From positions 352,001-416,000 of the forward strand of contig CAVZJB010000012.1 in NCBI GenBank assembly GCA_963775425.1: a stretch of DNA of 64,000 bases, read 5' to 3'. The translations under genes and the position numbers were made by a program. The DNA comes from an uncultured delta proteobacterium. Its GTDB lineage: Bacteria > Myxococcota > UBA727 > VGSZ01. The notes beneath the pieces were generated by a model. It was not told where the DNA came from, searched no databases, and saw nothing but the letters and a program-made list of their open reading frames with translations. Positions 18,001 through 27,346 of the stretch are shown piece by piece (the first letter of the stretch is position 1; each line of letters starts with the position of its first letter).

Positions 18001-20148
18001 GCGATCGACGACCTGCTCCGTCACCTGCCCGGGAGCTGGCAGCTCCTGTTTGCGTGCATCGGCCGCACGGGTCCCGCGCTGATCCTGGGGCGCACGCGAC
18101 GGATCATCGACCACGTCCAGACGCGCCTCCCCGACGTCGACAAGACCAGCAACTACAATTGGATGAGCACGCTGCGCTGCTTCCTGTACCAGCACCTGCG
18201 GCTCCAGGGCCGCACGGGCGAGGCCGCAGAGGCGCTCAAGGGATACCAGCAGATCAAGGCGAAGGTCCCGCCGCCGCTGCCGCAGTACATGGCGGCGCAG
18301 TGGAGCTGGAATGAGATCCCCGTCTTGCTCGACGAGGAGGAGCTCGGCCCGCCGCTCGAGAAGCTGATCGACGAGCACTACGCGCTCGGGTCGCCGCTCG
18401 ACTACTACAACATCATTCTCGACTGGAACATCGCGTACGCGCGCCTCGAGCAATTCCGGCGCGCTCGCGGCACCGGCGGCGAGCGCGCGGCGCGACGGAA
18501 GCTCGTCAAGGCGCTCGCTCGTCTTCGCAGCGCGGCGCTGCCGTCCGCGCGGGTGCCTGCGAGCCGGTGTCATCTGAAGATCGTCTCGGCGGGCTTCGCC
18601 ACGCTCGAAGGCAAGCTCAAGCGCGCGGCGGCGCTCCTCGACGACGCGGACCGCCTCGTGAAGGCCTGCCGGAGCTTGATCGGGGAGTACTACCTCTCCG
18701 TGGAGCGCGCTCGCTGGGCGCGCGCGTACGGCGCGGCGACGGCGCGGGGGCACGCGCTGCAAGCCGTCGAGGTGGCGCAGGGCCAAGGCTGGGTGAACCG
18801 GGCGCGGAGGGTCCGCGAAGAGTTCGGCCTCGACGACGGAGCGCGAGCGCCGGAGCGGTCGCTCGGTGCGCTCACGCGCGCGACACCGGTGGGCTCGCTG
18901 ACGCGCGGCGACCTCGGCTACCTCGACGCGCTGCTCAAGGTGAGCATCGCCTCGGTGTCGACGTTGGACCCGGGGGCGCAGGCGGAAGCTGCGTTGAAGG
19001 AACTGGTCTCGGTGCTCCACGCCGAGCGGGCGATGTTCTTCCTCGCCGACGCGGAAAAGGGCGGGCTTCGCCTCCTGGCCATGCATGGTGTGTCCGGAAC
19101 GGAGGCTGCCGACCTCGAAGGCCACAGCTCGACCGTGGTCAACCACGTCTTCGAGGATCGGCAGGCGCTCGTCGTGAACGGGAGCGAGCAGGGGGAGAGC
19201 CTCGGCTCGCGGAGCGCGGTCGCGTTGGGCCTGCGCAGCATCATCGCGGCCCCGCTGTTGCTGCGCGACAAGTGCATCGGCGTCGTCTACCTGGATACCC
19301 GGCTGGTGAAGGGGCTGTTCACGGAGGGCGACATCCCCATCCTCCTCGGCATCGGCAACCACATCGCGATCGCCGTCGAGACCGCGCGGGCCGCCCAGGT
19401 GGAGGCGGAGCGCAAGGCGCTGCAGAAGGACCTCGCGCTCACGGGCGCGGTCCAGGCCCTCCTGCTGCCGCGCTCGACGACGTTCGATGCGCCCGGCCTC
19501 CGCGGGAGCGCCCTGTATCGGCCCGCCACGCAGTGCGGCGGCGACTGGTGGTGGCAGGATCCGCAACGCGGCGGCGCCCTGGTCATCGTCGGGGACGTCA
19601 CGGGCCACGGCGCCCCCTCGGCGATGATCACGGCCGCGGTGGCCGGCAGCTACCACACGGTCCGGGCGATGAAGGAGTCCGCCGGCGCCGGCGAGGTGTT
19701 GGCCGAGCTCAACCGGCAGATCCTGAGCATGGGCAACTCGTATCAGATGTCGATGTGCGCGGTCCGCGTCGACGTCGCCGCGGGCGAGGTGACCTGGTGG
19801 AACGCCGGCGGACCGCCGCTGTTCGTCTGGCGACGCGACGCCGAGAAGGTCGAGAGTCTGCTCACGCCCGGGAACCCGCTGGGGACGGACTCACAGCTCG
19901 TGCTCGGAGAGGGGCGCGCCGCGTTTCATCAGGGAGATCGGCTGCTGGTGTGCACCGACGGGATCTTCGAGCAGCCCATGGCCAACGGGCGTCCCCTCGG
20001 CTTCCGGAACTTGACCAAGCTGCTGCGCGAGACCGCGTCGCTCGAGGCCGCGGAGGCGCGAGCGACGATGGGCGAGCGAATCACGGCCATGACCTCCGGC
20101 CGCGTGCAGGAGGACGACATGACCCTCGTGCTCCTCGACCGCGTTTAG
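15057..20148 (+). CDS. Multidomain Ser/Thr kinase - AAA ATPase - helical/TPR - GAF - SpoIIE/PP2C phosphatase; one frameshift near 17457-17460
   Basis: Kinase GRGATSVVY/HRDVKPAN/DFG; Walker A GEGGLGKS and Walker B VIDDVQW in ORF 15024..18314. The coherent protein continues in the frame of ORF 16882..20148 (…DQF|RLQYLL…), with GAF SIIAAPLL…IGVVYLD and PP2C CGGDWW, GDVTGHG, TDG, EDDMT. Confidence 0.85.
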
Positions 20149-20597
20149 CTTCGCACCCGCAGGAACGCCAGGTAGCTCGACGGCACGTCGTCGAACTCCA
20201 TGTGCGCGCCACACTTCGGGCACAGACGCTCGGCGGCGAGCTGCGCGTCGACGTCCGCGGCGAGCTCCACGAGCGTCGTGGCGGAGGCGTCGCACTCCGG
20301 GCACAGGAAAGGCGCGTGGATGGACGTCACCTCGGCGTCGCCGCCGAAGCGGGCGATCATGTTGAGCTGGTGCACGATGGGCACCGAGCACGCGGACAGC
20401 TTCAGGCTCCTCCCCTGCAAACGACCGATGAACGCGAGCCACATGCGGACGCCGACGGAGTTCACGCGCTCGACGCCGGACAGGTCGAGGACCGCGCCGT
20501 CCTGAAGCTCGTCGGCGAGCGGGTCGAGCATGCACTTCTCGTCGATGTCGCCCCGGAGCGCGACGCCGTCTCGCGTGGCGGTCCACTCAAGCTGCAT
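20145..20597 (-). CDS. STAS (anti-sigma antagonist)-like protein with C-terminal Zn ribbon
   Basis: LRGDIDE…LDLSGVERVNSVGVRMW (STAS phospho-Ser position) followed by CPEC…CPKC. Confidence 0.75.
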   Translation of the reverse strand: MQLEWTATRDGVALRGDIDEKCMLDPLADELQDGAVLDLSGVERVNSVGVRMWLAFIGRLQGRSLKLSACSVPIVHQLNMIARFGGDAEVTSIHAPFLCPECDASATTLVELAADVDAQLAAERLCPKCGAHMEFDDVPSSYLAFLRVRS

Positions 20598-20599
20598 CC

Positions 20600-21553
20600 T
20601 CAGAACCCCTGATAAAAGATGTTGAACGACTTGGAGCGTACCGCGAAGTCGCGGTAACTGCCCTTCATGTCGATGATGCCAATCATCTCCGTCTGCTTCC
20701 CGGGCGCGAGGTTGATGATGAAATGCGAGAGCGCGTCGAAGATGTAGTAGAGCCCGAGGCCGGCGCCTCCCGCCTTGGTGTCCACTTGATCCTCGCCCTG
20801 GCGCATGCACTTGGCGAGGTAGTCGAGCACCGTCGTGATCTTCAGCGTGCCGAAGGGATCGGACGCGGAGATCCCGAGCCTGCGCCCGTCGCAGCAGAAC
20901 TTGATGTCGACGACCTCGTGGGGCTCGAGCCCGACGGGCTCCGTCCTCGGCTTTGCCGCGTGCCGGCGGTTCCCGTTGCCGTCGACGGGGGCGTTGTAGA
21001 CGGCGTTGGTGACGAACTCGTCGGCGACGGTGCAGAAGTGGGAGATGAAGCGCTCCTGCACGCCGATGTCACGGGCGTACTCCTCCGCCGCCGCCACGAT
21101 CTCGTCCTTCTGTGTGGACGAGGTCACCTGCATCCCCTTCGGCGCGACGCCCCAGATGAAGTACTTCTCGATGCCGAAGATGTCGCCGTCGAGGATCTTC
21201 CTCGTGGTGACGATGAGCTCCTCGGGATCGACCTCTTCGTTGTTCCTCGCCACCAGGTTGGTGAGAGAGTGGGTGCCGAAGAGCTGCACGAACTCGTCGC
21301 GCTTGCCGCCCTCCGAGAACAGCAGGAGCCGCGTGCGCGTCCGGGCTCCCGAGAAGCGCTCGCGCAGGACATCGCGATCTTCGCTCGTGAGCGTGTCGTA
21401 GTTGACCGCGACGAGCCCGACCTGGCCGTCGGGGGGGAGCTCCCCGAGCTCGTCGCGGGCTTCGACGCAGCCGACGATCGCCTTCAACGTTCTCGTCAGC
21501 ACCCTGCGGTGCTTCTGGTTTCCTTCGACGACCAGGACGCTGCCACGAGTCAT
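20600..21553 (-). CDS. Degenerate receiver-like domain plus HATPase_c (RsbW/SpoIIAB-like kinase)
   Basis: N-term SVLVVEG; N box DEFVTNAVYNA; SASDPFG; G box GGAGLGLYYI. No HisKA domain seen. ATGA overlap with the upstream gene. Confidence 0.7.
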   Translation of the reverse strand: MTRGSVLVVEGNQKHRRVLTRTLKAIVGCVEARDELGELPPDGQVGLVAVNYDTLTSEDRDVLRERFSGARTRTRLLLFSEGGKRDEFVQLFGTHSLTNLVARNNEEVDPEELIVTTRKILDGDIFGIEKYFIWGVAPKGMQVTSSTQKDEIVAAAEEYARDIGVQERFISHFCTVADEFVTNAVYNAPVDGNGNRRHAAKPRTEPVGLEPHEVVDIKFCCDGRRLGISASDPFGTLKITTVLDYLAKCMRQGEDQVDTKAGGAGLGLYYIFDALSHFIINLAPGKQTEMIGIIDMKGSYRDFAVRSKSFNIFYQGF

Positions 21554-23697
21554 ACGTCCACGTCCTCCCAGCCGATCATCGCCACGGTGTCGTCTTCGAA
21601 GCCCGCGGCCTTCAGGCGCCCCACCTTCTCCGGCGTCGTCTTCGTCGTGTCGGGCGGCGCCGGCTCCGCCATCGCGGCCGTCCCCGCCTTGGCGAGGAAG
21701 GTGTCGAGCCACGTGGCGATGTGCGCCGTCGCCGCGGACAGGCCCGCGTTCGCGAGGAACGCCTCGAGGGCGAGCTGGAAGTCCTTGGCGTGCTGGTAGC
21801 GCTTCTCCGGGTCGCGCTCGAGCGCCTTCCTCACGATGGCGTCCAGCTCCTCGGGGATCTCCGGGCGGAGCTGGCGCACCGGCGGGATCGGCGCATCGAG
21901 CACGGCCTTCAGGCTCTCGATCTCGCTCGATCCCCGGAACGGGTGGCGCTGGACCAGGCAGAGGTAGAGCACCAGGCCGGCGGAGAAGATGTCGATGCGC
22001 GGATCGGAGACGCCCGAGCTCACGTGCTCGGGCGCCATGTACATCACCTTCCCCTTCAACACACCCGACGCCGTTTGCTGCGCGGAGTCCGCCGCCTTCG
22101 AGACGCCGAAGTCCGTGAGCTTCACCTGTCCGTCGCGGCCGACGAGGATGTTGTGGGGCGTGACGTCGCGGTGGAGCACGGGCAGCGGGCGTCCGTCGTC
22201 GTCGACGAAGGAGTGGGCGGCGGCCAGCGCGCTGCACACGTCCGCCGTTACGCGGCAGCACAGCTCGATGGGCAGCGGGGTCTCGGTGCGAACGGCGAGC
22301 TTGATGAGCGTGTTCAGGTCGGGCCCGCGGACGTACTCCATGACCATGAAGAACTCGTCCTGCTCGCGGCACAGGTCATAGATCTGCACGATGTGGGCGT
22401 GGGACAGGCGGGCGGCGACGCGCGCCTCCTGTGTGAACATCTTGACGAACGCGGGCTGGGCCGCGAGGTGCGGCAGGATTCGCTTGATGACGACCTTCTT
22501 CTCGAAACCCTCGAGGCCGAGCTGTTTGCCGAGCAGGATCTCCGCCATGCCTCCGATGCCGATGCGGCGGGCCACCCGGTACTTGCCGAGGCGCGCGCCG
22601 GGGCCGAACAGCAGGGCGCCCGTGGGCGTGCTCGGCGGGTCGAGCGGCTCACCCACCGGGGGCGTCGGGTTCTCGGCGAGGTACTGCGCGACGTCCGGGG
22701 TCATCGGCGTCAGATCGATGGCGGCGAGGGCGGCCGTGGACGCCTTGCGCCAGGTGAACTCGAGCGGCTCGCCGCACACCGGGCACGGCGCGCCGGAGAT
22801 GGGGGCGCCGGTGGACCAGGCGCTCACATCGACGCAGCGCTCGGCGTCGCACCGGCCGCAATGCGCGCGCATCTCGAAAGATGCGACCTTCGGCCGCTTG
22901 GGGTGCGCGGCGATCCACTCGGCGAGGGCGATGGGGACGCGCGCGAGCAGGGCGTCGGGCGCGACGGCGAGCGCCTCGTCGAGCCGGGCGAGCCCGTCCT
23001 CCGTGGAGCTCGTGACGAGGGAGAGCACGAAGACGACGTGGCCCTCGAGCCCGTCCGCATAGCGGCGCACGCGCGTCGACTTGCCGAGGTGGCCGACGAG
23101 CCAGAGCGCGGTGAGCGAAGCACCGACATGCTTCGCCACGCGCAAGACGGACTTGGGCCGCTCGATGGTGCCGTCGAGGATCGCCTCGACGCGCGGGGGC
23201 ACCGAGGCGGGCAGTGTCTGCAACGCGCTGCGAAAGTAGGTCTGCTCGAGGTCGTCGAACTCGGCTTCGCTGGAGCACTTCGGACACCGTACCGCCGGCG
23301 CGCGCTGCGCCACGAGGGCGTCCCGCCCCGAGCGCACGTCGAGGATGACCTCGAAGGCGAGATCGCACTCCGGGCAGAGGTACGGCAGGTAGAGGCTGAG
23401 GATGCAGCCGCGTCCGCCGAACCGGGGCACGCTGTTGAATTGCGCGACCATCGCGGGGCGACAACGCATGAAGTAGAGGTGCTCGGTCGCGGTGCCCTTG
23501 AGACCCTCGAGCCACTGGCGCACGCCGAACGACGTGATGCGAGGGACCGCGTCGAGGTCGATGACGATCGGGTGCGCGCGCTCGGCGAGCCGCACGCTGA
23601 GGCTCGCGCCGTCGAGGTGCTCGTCGATCACACCTGAGAGGCGGATGCGGGACACCCCCTCGTAGTGTTTCACCTCGATGGTCGCGCCGTTCGTCAC
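21550..23697 (-). CDS. Ser/Thr kinase with N-terminal tandem STAS/Zn-ribbon modules
   Basis: LSGVIDE…IDLDAVPRITSFGVRQW…CPEC…CPKC, then a second degenerate module with CGRC…CPVC. Kinase GIGGMAEI, VVIK, HRDVTPHN, DFG, YMAPE. Alternative GTG start at 23703. Confidence 0.85.
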   Translation of the reverse strand: MTNGATIEVKHYEGVSRIRLSGVIDEHLDGASLSVRLAERAHPIVIDLDAVPRITSFGVRQWLEGLKGTATEHLYFMRCRPAMVAQFNSVPRFGGRGCILSLYLPYLCPECDLAFEVILDVRSGRDALVAQRAPAVRCPKCSSEAEFDDLEQTYFRSALQTLPASVPPRVEAILDGTIERPKSVLRVAKHVGASLTALWLVGHLGKSTRVRRYADGLEGHVVFVLSLVTSSTEDGLARLDEALAVAPDALLARVPIALAEWIAAHPKRPKVASFEMRAHCGRCDAERCVDVSAWSTGAPISGAPCPVCGEPLEFTWRKASTAALAAIDLTPMTPDVAQYLAENPTPPVGEPLDPPSTPTGALLFGPGARLGKYRVARRIGIGGMAEILLGKQLGLEGFEKKVVIKRILPHLAAQPAFVKMFTQEARVAARLSHAHIVQIYDLCREQDEFFMVMEYVRGPDLNTLIKLAVRTETPLPIELCCRVTADVCSALAAAHSFVDDDGRPLPVLHRDVTPHNILVGRDGQVKLTDFGVSKAADSAQQTASGVLKGKVMYMAPEHVSSGVSDPRIDIFSAGLVLYLCLVQRHPFRGSSEIESLKAVLDAPIPPVRQLRPEIPEELDAIVRKALERDPEKRYQHAKDFQLALEAFLANAGLSAATAHIATWLDTFLAKAGTAAMAEPAPPDTTKTTPEKVGRLKAAGFEDDTVAMIGWEDVDV

Positions 23698-23778
23698 CGA
23701 CACGCACTGTAACGCGACGGAGCCGGCAATCGCGATCGTCTCACTTCAGCTCGTTCGAAGCCTGCCGATGAGAGGGAC

Positions 23779-24546
23779 ATGCGCCCCGTCCTCACCCTCC
23801 TCCCGCTCTCGTCCGCGTCGCTGCTTTGTGCCTGCTCGTTCGCACCGTCGATCCCCGTCAGCGTGGTGACGCCCGCGGTGGATGTGGACGTCGACGCCGA
23901 GCGAACGGCGCTCGAAGACGCCGTCTGCCGTGACGCCGGCTCCCAGGGCTGCGGCGTGATCGCCGCGCTCGACGAGAGCGACGACGGCGTCGCCGCCGAT
24001 CCCCCGCGGCTGCCACGACTGCTGCCGTTCGACATCCTCGCGCACGGCGCAAAGGTGAACGTCGCACGTTGGCTCGAGAGCCAGCGCGCGGTCCATGACG
24101 TCGTCCCCGCCGTCACCGTGCCGGTGGACCTCGGCGCCTTTCAGCTCGCGGCGTCGGAGATCAGGAGCGCCCACGTCGTCGATGCGAAGCTGACGTTCGG
24201 CGACGACACGTTGACGATCGACCTCCCCGCGCTGCGCATCGCGGTGCAGCAGGGCGACGGTGAGCCCGTGGACGTCGCCGCCGTCGCGCCCCACAGCGGC
24301 GGCAGCGGCGAGGACGCGGCGGTCTTCTTCGCCGACGGCGGCACCGACGCGCTCCTCGCGGCCGTCGCCACCGGCAACGCCACGCTCACCGTGCACGCGG
24401 ACTCCGATGCGCCGCTCGGCCTCCTCGCCGGCCCCACGCAGGAGACCCTGGAGCGGCCCGGCGGCGCCGCACAGGTGGCGCTCGCCGTCACCCTCGACAT
24501 CACCACGAGCCTCTCGACGAGCCTCGACGCCGCGGGCGTCCGCTAG
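23779..24546 (+). CDS. Hypothetical lipoprotein
   Basis: SD GAGGGA before ATG; signal peptide ending LLCAC; GC-rich third codon positions. Confidence 0.6.
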   Translation: MRPVLTLLPLSSASLLCACSFAPSIPVSVVTPAVDVDVDAERTALEDAVCRDAGSQGCGVIAALDESDDGVAADPPRLPRLLPFDILAHGAKVNVARWLESQRAVHDVVPAVTVPVDLGAFQLAASEIRSAHVVDAKLTFGDDTLTIDLPALRIAVQQGDGEPVDVAAVAPHSGGSGEDAAVFFADGGTDALLAAVATGNATLTVHADSDAPLGLLAGPTQETLERPGGAAQVALAVTLDITTSLSTSLDAAGVR

Positions 24547-24681
24547 TCCCCGGCTGGTGAGCGGGATGCTCTGACACCTTGGGACGCGGCTCAGCGTGAC
24601 GGGCGAGCGGGGAGCGGTCGCGTGTACGGCAGGCGCGTGCGGCGCACGTGCGCGGTCCCGGTGAGGACGTCAGCGGTGACG

Positions 24682-25989
24682 TCAGCCCTCGCGCGCCTTG
24701 GCCTCCGCGGCGGCGGCGCGGGCTTCGACGTCACGGAAGCGCTTGGCCAGGGCCGTCACGAACGAGCGCGCGCCGAGGCGGCCGGTGATCTCCTCGGCAG
24801 GCACGACCACCAGCTCGACGTCGTCGACCGCGGACACCGACGCCGTGCGCGCGCCGCCGTCGAGCACGGCGGCTTCCCCGAAGACGTCGCCCGGGCCCAT
24901 CTCGCGCAGCACCGTGCGCGCGCCGCCGATGTCGCGCCACGCGGCGCACGTGCCGCGCACGATGACGAAGGCTTCGACTCCGGGCTCGCCTTCGCGCACG
25001 ACGACGTCGCCGGCGGCGACCTCGCGCACGTCGACGGACGCGCGCTCCTCCAGCGTGGCCTCGAGCTCTTCGCGAAACGCCGCCGCCGACGGCGGGCGCC
25101 GGCGCGGCTCACGAGCGAGCGCGCGCGCGCAGAGGTCGACGAGCGCGCGCGGAACGGTGAGCGCGGCCGCGTCGATCGGCGGGATCTCCAAGAGCATGTC
25201 GGCGAGGTCGGCGCCGCTCGCGCGCGGCGGGCGGCGCAGGAGCACGTCGTGGAGGATGGCGCCGAGGCCGAACACGTCGCTGCGCTCGTCGACGGCGGAG
25301 GGGTCGATCGCCTGCTCGGGCGCCATGTACGCCGGCGTCCCCGCGCGGACCCGCGGCGCGTCGTCGACGACGACGCCGCCCGGGCGAGGCAGCGCGCGCG
25401 CGATGCCCCAGTCCATCAGCGTCACCTCGCCGAACGCCCCGACCATCACGTTGTCCGGCTTGAGGTCGCAGTGGATGACGCCGCGGCTGTGGGCGTAGTC
25501 GACGGCGTCGCAGATCTTGACGAGGACCGGGAGGGCAAACCGCGCCCGCGCGGGAGCGCTCATGCCCTGGAGCTCCGCGAGCTTGTCGCCGAGGGTGCGC
25601 CCCTCGACGAGCTTCATCGCGAAGCACGGCCGCCCGTCGGCGTCCACGCCGACGCGGTACACGGGCACGATGTACGGGTGCGCGAGCTGCGCGAGCACCT
25701 GCGCCTCGGCCAGGAAGCGCCGCGCGGCGTCGGCGTCGTCGGCGCGCAGGACCTTGAGCGCGACGTCGCGGCGCAGGGCCTGGTCGCGGGCGCGGTAGAC
25801 GGCGCCCGCGCCGCCGCTGCCGAGCAGGGCGCCGGGCTCGAGCGGCACGCGCTCGGCGTGCCGCGCCCAGGTGCGGCCGACGTCGTCGGCCTCGAGGGCG
25901 GCGGGCGAGAAGACGCGCGTGCTCGCGTCCGGGTGCTCGGCGACCGGCGCGACGGGGGGTGGCGGGGGGCGTCCGGGCTTGTCGGTCAC
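24682..25989 (-). CDS. Ser/Thr kinase with C-terminal cyclic-nucleotide-binding domain
   Basis: GSGGAGAVY, VALK, HCDLKPDN, DWG, GTPAYMAPE; cNMP motifs VVREGEPG…GDVFGEAAVLDGGARTASV. Confidence 0.85.
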   Translation of the reverse strand: MTDKPGRPPPPPVAPVAEHPDASTRVFSPAALEADDVGRTWARHAERVPLEPGALLGSGGAGAVYRARDQALRRDVALKVLRADDADAARRFLAEAQVLAQLAHPYIVPVYRVGVDADGRPCFAMKLVEGRTLGDKLAELQGMSAPARARFALPVLVKICDAVDYAHSRGVIHCDLKPDNVMVGAFGEVTLMDWGIARALPRPGGVVVDDAPRVRAGTPAYMAPEQAIDPSAVDERSDVFGLGAILHDVLLRRPPRASGADLADMLLEIPPIDAAALTVPRALVDLCARALAREPRRRPPSAAAFREELEATLEERASVDVREVAAGDVVVREGEPGVEAFVIVRGTCAAWRDIGGARTVLREMGPGDVFGEAAVLDGGARTASVSAVDDVELVVVPAEEITGRLGARSFVTALAKRFRDVEARAAAAEAKAREG

Positions 25990-26014
25990 GCCGGCGGGAT
26001 CAGCGACCGGGGGG

Positions 26015-27190
26015 TCATCGGCGGTCGCCGATCACCCGGATGCCCGGGCCCGACACCGTCTGGCGCACGCGCGTGACGCCCTCGGCCTGGACGCCGATGG
26101 CGAGCGCGCTGGTGCCGTTCACGACCTTGACGACGATGGGGCCGGCGACGTCGTCGCTGGCCTGCGCGTCGAGCTGGTGCAGGAGATCGTCGGTGAGGAG
26201 CTGGTCGAGCGAGACGTGCAGATCGATGGGGAGGACCTGGCCCGCGTCCACGTTGCCCGCGAGCACGTCGCCGGCGGGGACGCGCAGCGCGAAGGTGTCG
26301 TCGAGGACGAGGAAGAAGGGCACGAGGGCGTAGTTGCCGCTCTCGTGGACGCCGACGACGGCGCTGTCCGAGGAGAGCGCGCGGTCCACGTGCTTGCCGG
26401 CGGAGCCGCCGTCGGGATCCTGCGACGGGTTCCCATCGGGGTCGCCGTCATCCTGGCCGGGGACGGCGGGGTTGCCGTCGGGGTCCCCGTCGTTGCGGGT
26501 GCCGTCGCGCGGCACGGCGGGGTTTCCGTCGGGGTCGCCGTCGGCGGGGTTGCCGTCGGGATCGCCGTCGGCGAGCTTGCTGTGGCAGTGGGCGGGGTTT
26601 CCGTCGGGGGTGCCGTCGGCCGTGCAGGGAACGGTGAAGCCGCGGGAGGTGCGGTCGCCCGCGCTCCTGGTGAGCATGTAGCCGTGCACGACGGCGGTGT
26701 GGCCCTCGAGCTCGCCGAGGCTCACGCCCGTGCTGTCCTCGAGCTTCTCGCGCTCGGGGGCCTGCAAGCCGAAGTGCTCGAAGCCGAAGACGAGGTCGCC
26801 CTGGTCCTGCAGGACCCAGTTGCGCTCGCCGCCGAGCACGTCGCCGAAGCCGTCGCGGTCATTGACGTCGTAGCGGAACAGCAGCGGCGACTCGTTGTCC
26901 GGGTCGCTGCCGAGCACGTCCGCGAGGACCTGGTCGTGATCACGCAGGGTGACGGTGGGGGCGTGGAAGATCACCTCGTCGATCACGACGCGGTCGGCGC
27001 GGGCGCCCAGCTCGATGAGCCCGTCCACGACCACGCGGGGCTCGACCGCGACGCTGCGGGCGCCGTCGGGCAGGGCGGACAGATCCGCGACATCGGCGCC
27101 GCACCCCGCGGCGAGCGCGCACAGGGAGACGCCAGCGATCACCGTGCTGATCGCTCGCGCAACAGGTCCCTGTCGTGTGATCTCGGGCAT
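26015..27190 (-). CDS. Lipoprotein with internal DGDPDGNP repeats
   Basis: Signal peptide with lipobox LAAGC; five copies of DG(D/T)PDGNP(A/S). Confidence 0.7.
   Translation of the reverse strand: MPEITRQGPVARAISTVIAGVSLCALAAGCGADVADLSALPDGARSVAVEPRVVVDGLIELGARADRVVIDEVIFHAPTVTLRDHDQVLADVLGSDPDNESPLLFRYDVNDRDGFGDVLGGERNWVLQDQGDLVFGFEHFGLQAPEREKLEDSTGVSLGELEGHTAVVHGYMLTRSAGDRTSRGFTVPCTADGTPDGNPAHCHSKLADGDPDGNPADGDPDGNPAVPRDGTRNDGDPDGNPAVPGQDDGDPDGNPSQDPDGGSAGKHVDRALSSDSAVVGVHESGNYALVPFFLVLDDTFALRVPAGDVLAGNVDAGQVLPIDLHVSLDQLLTDDLLHQLDAQASDDVAGPIVVKVVNGTSALAIGVQAEGVTRVRQTVSGPGIRVIGDRR
26422..26617 (-). repeat. Coding repeat DG(D/T)PDGNP(A/S) x5
   Basis: Seen directly in the translation of ORF 26015..27202. 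Confidence 0.85.
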
Positions 27191-27279
27191 CGACACGCGC
27201 ACACTCCCGTCCCCATGCGGCCGTAGGGCCGTCGGGGTGCCGCCTGATCGTACATCGATCAGCCGCCGGGACCCAACAA

Positions 27280-27296
27280 AGCAAGTGACATGCCCA
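27280..27296 (-). promoter_or_regulatory. Sigma-54 (-24/-12) promoter
   Basis: Minus strand TGGGCATGTCACTTGCT against consensus YTGGCACG-N4-TTGCW; GG-N10-GC spacing is exact; lies upstream of the DGDPDGNP lipoprotein. Confidence 0.7.
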
Positions 27297-27346
27297 GGTG
27301 GGCCCGTGTGCGACCCGAGGCCCCGCTCCCGCCGCCGAGGAGCTCG

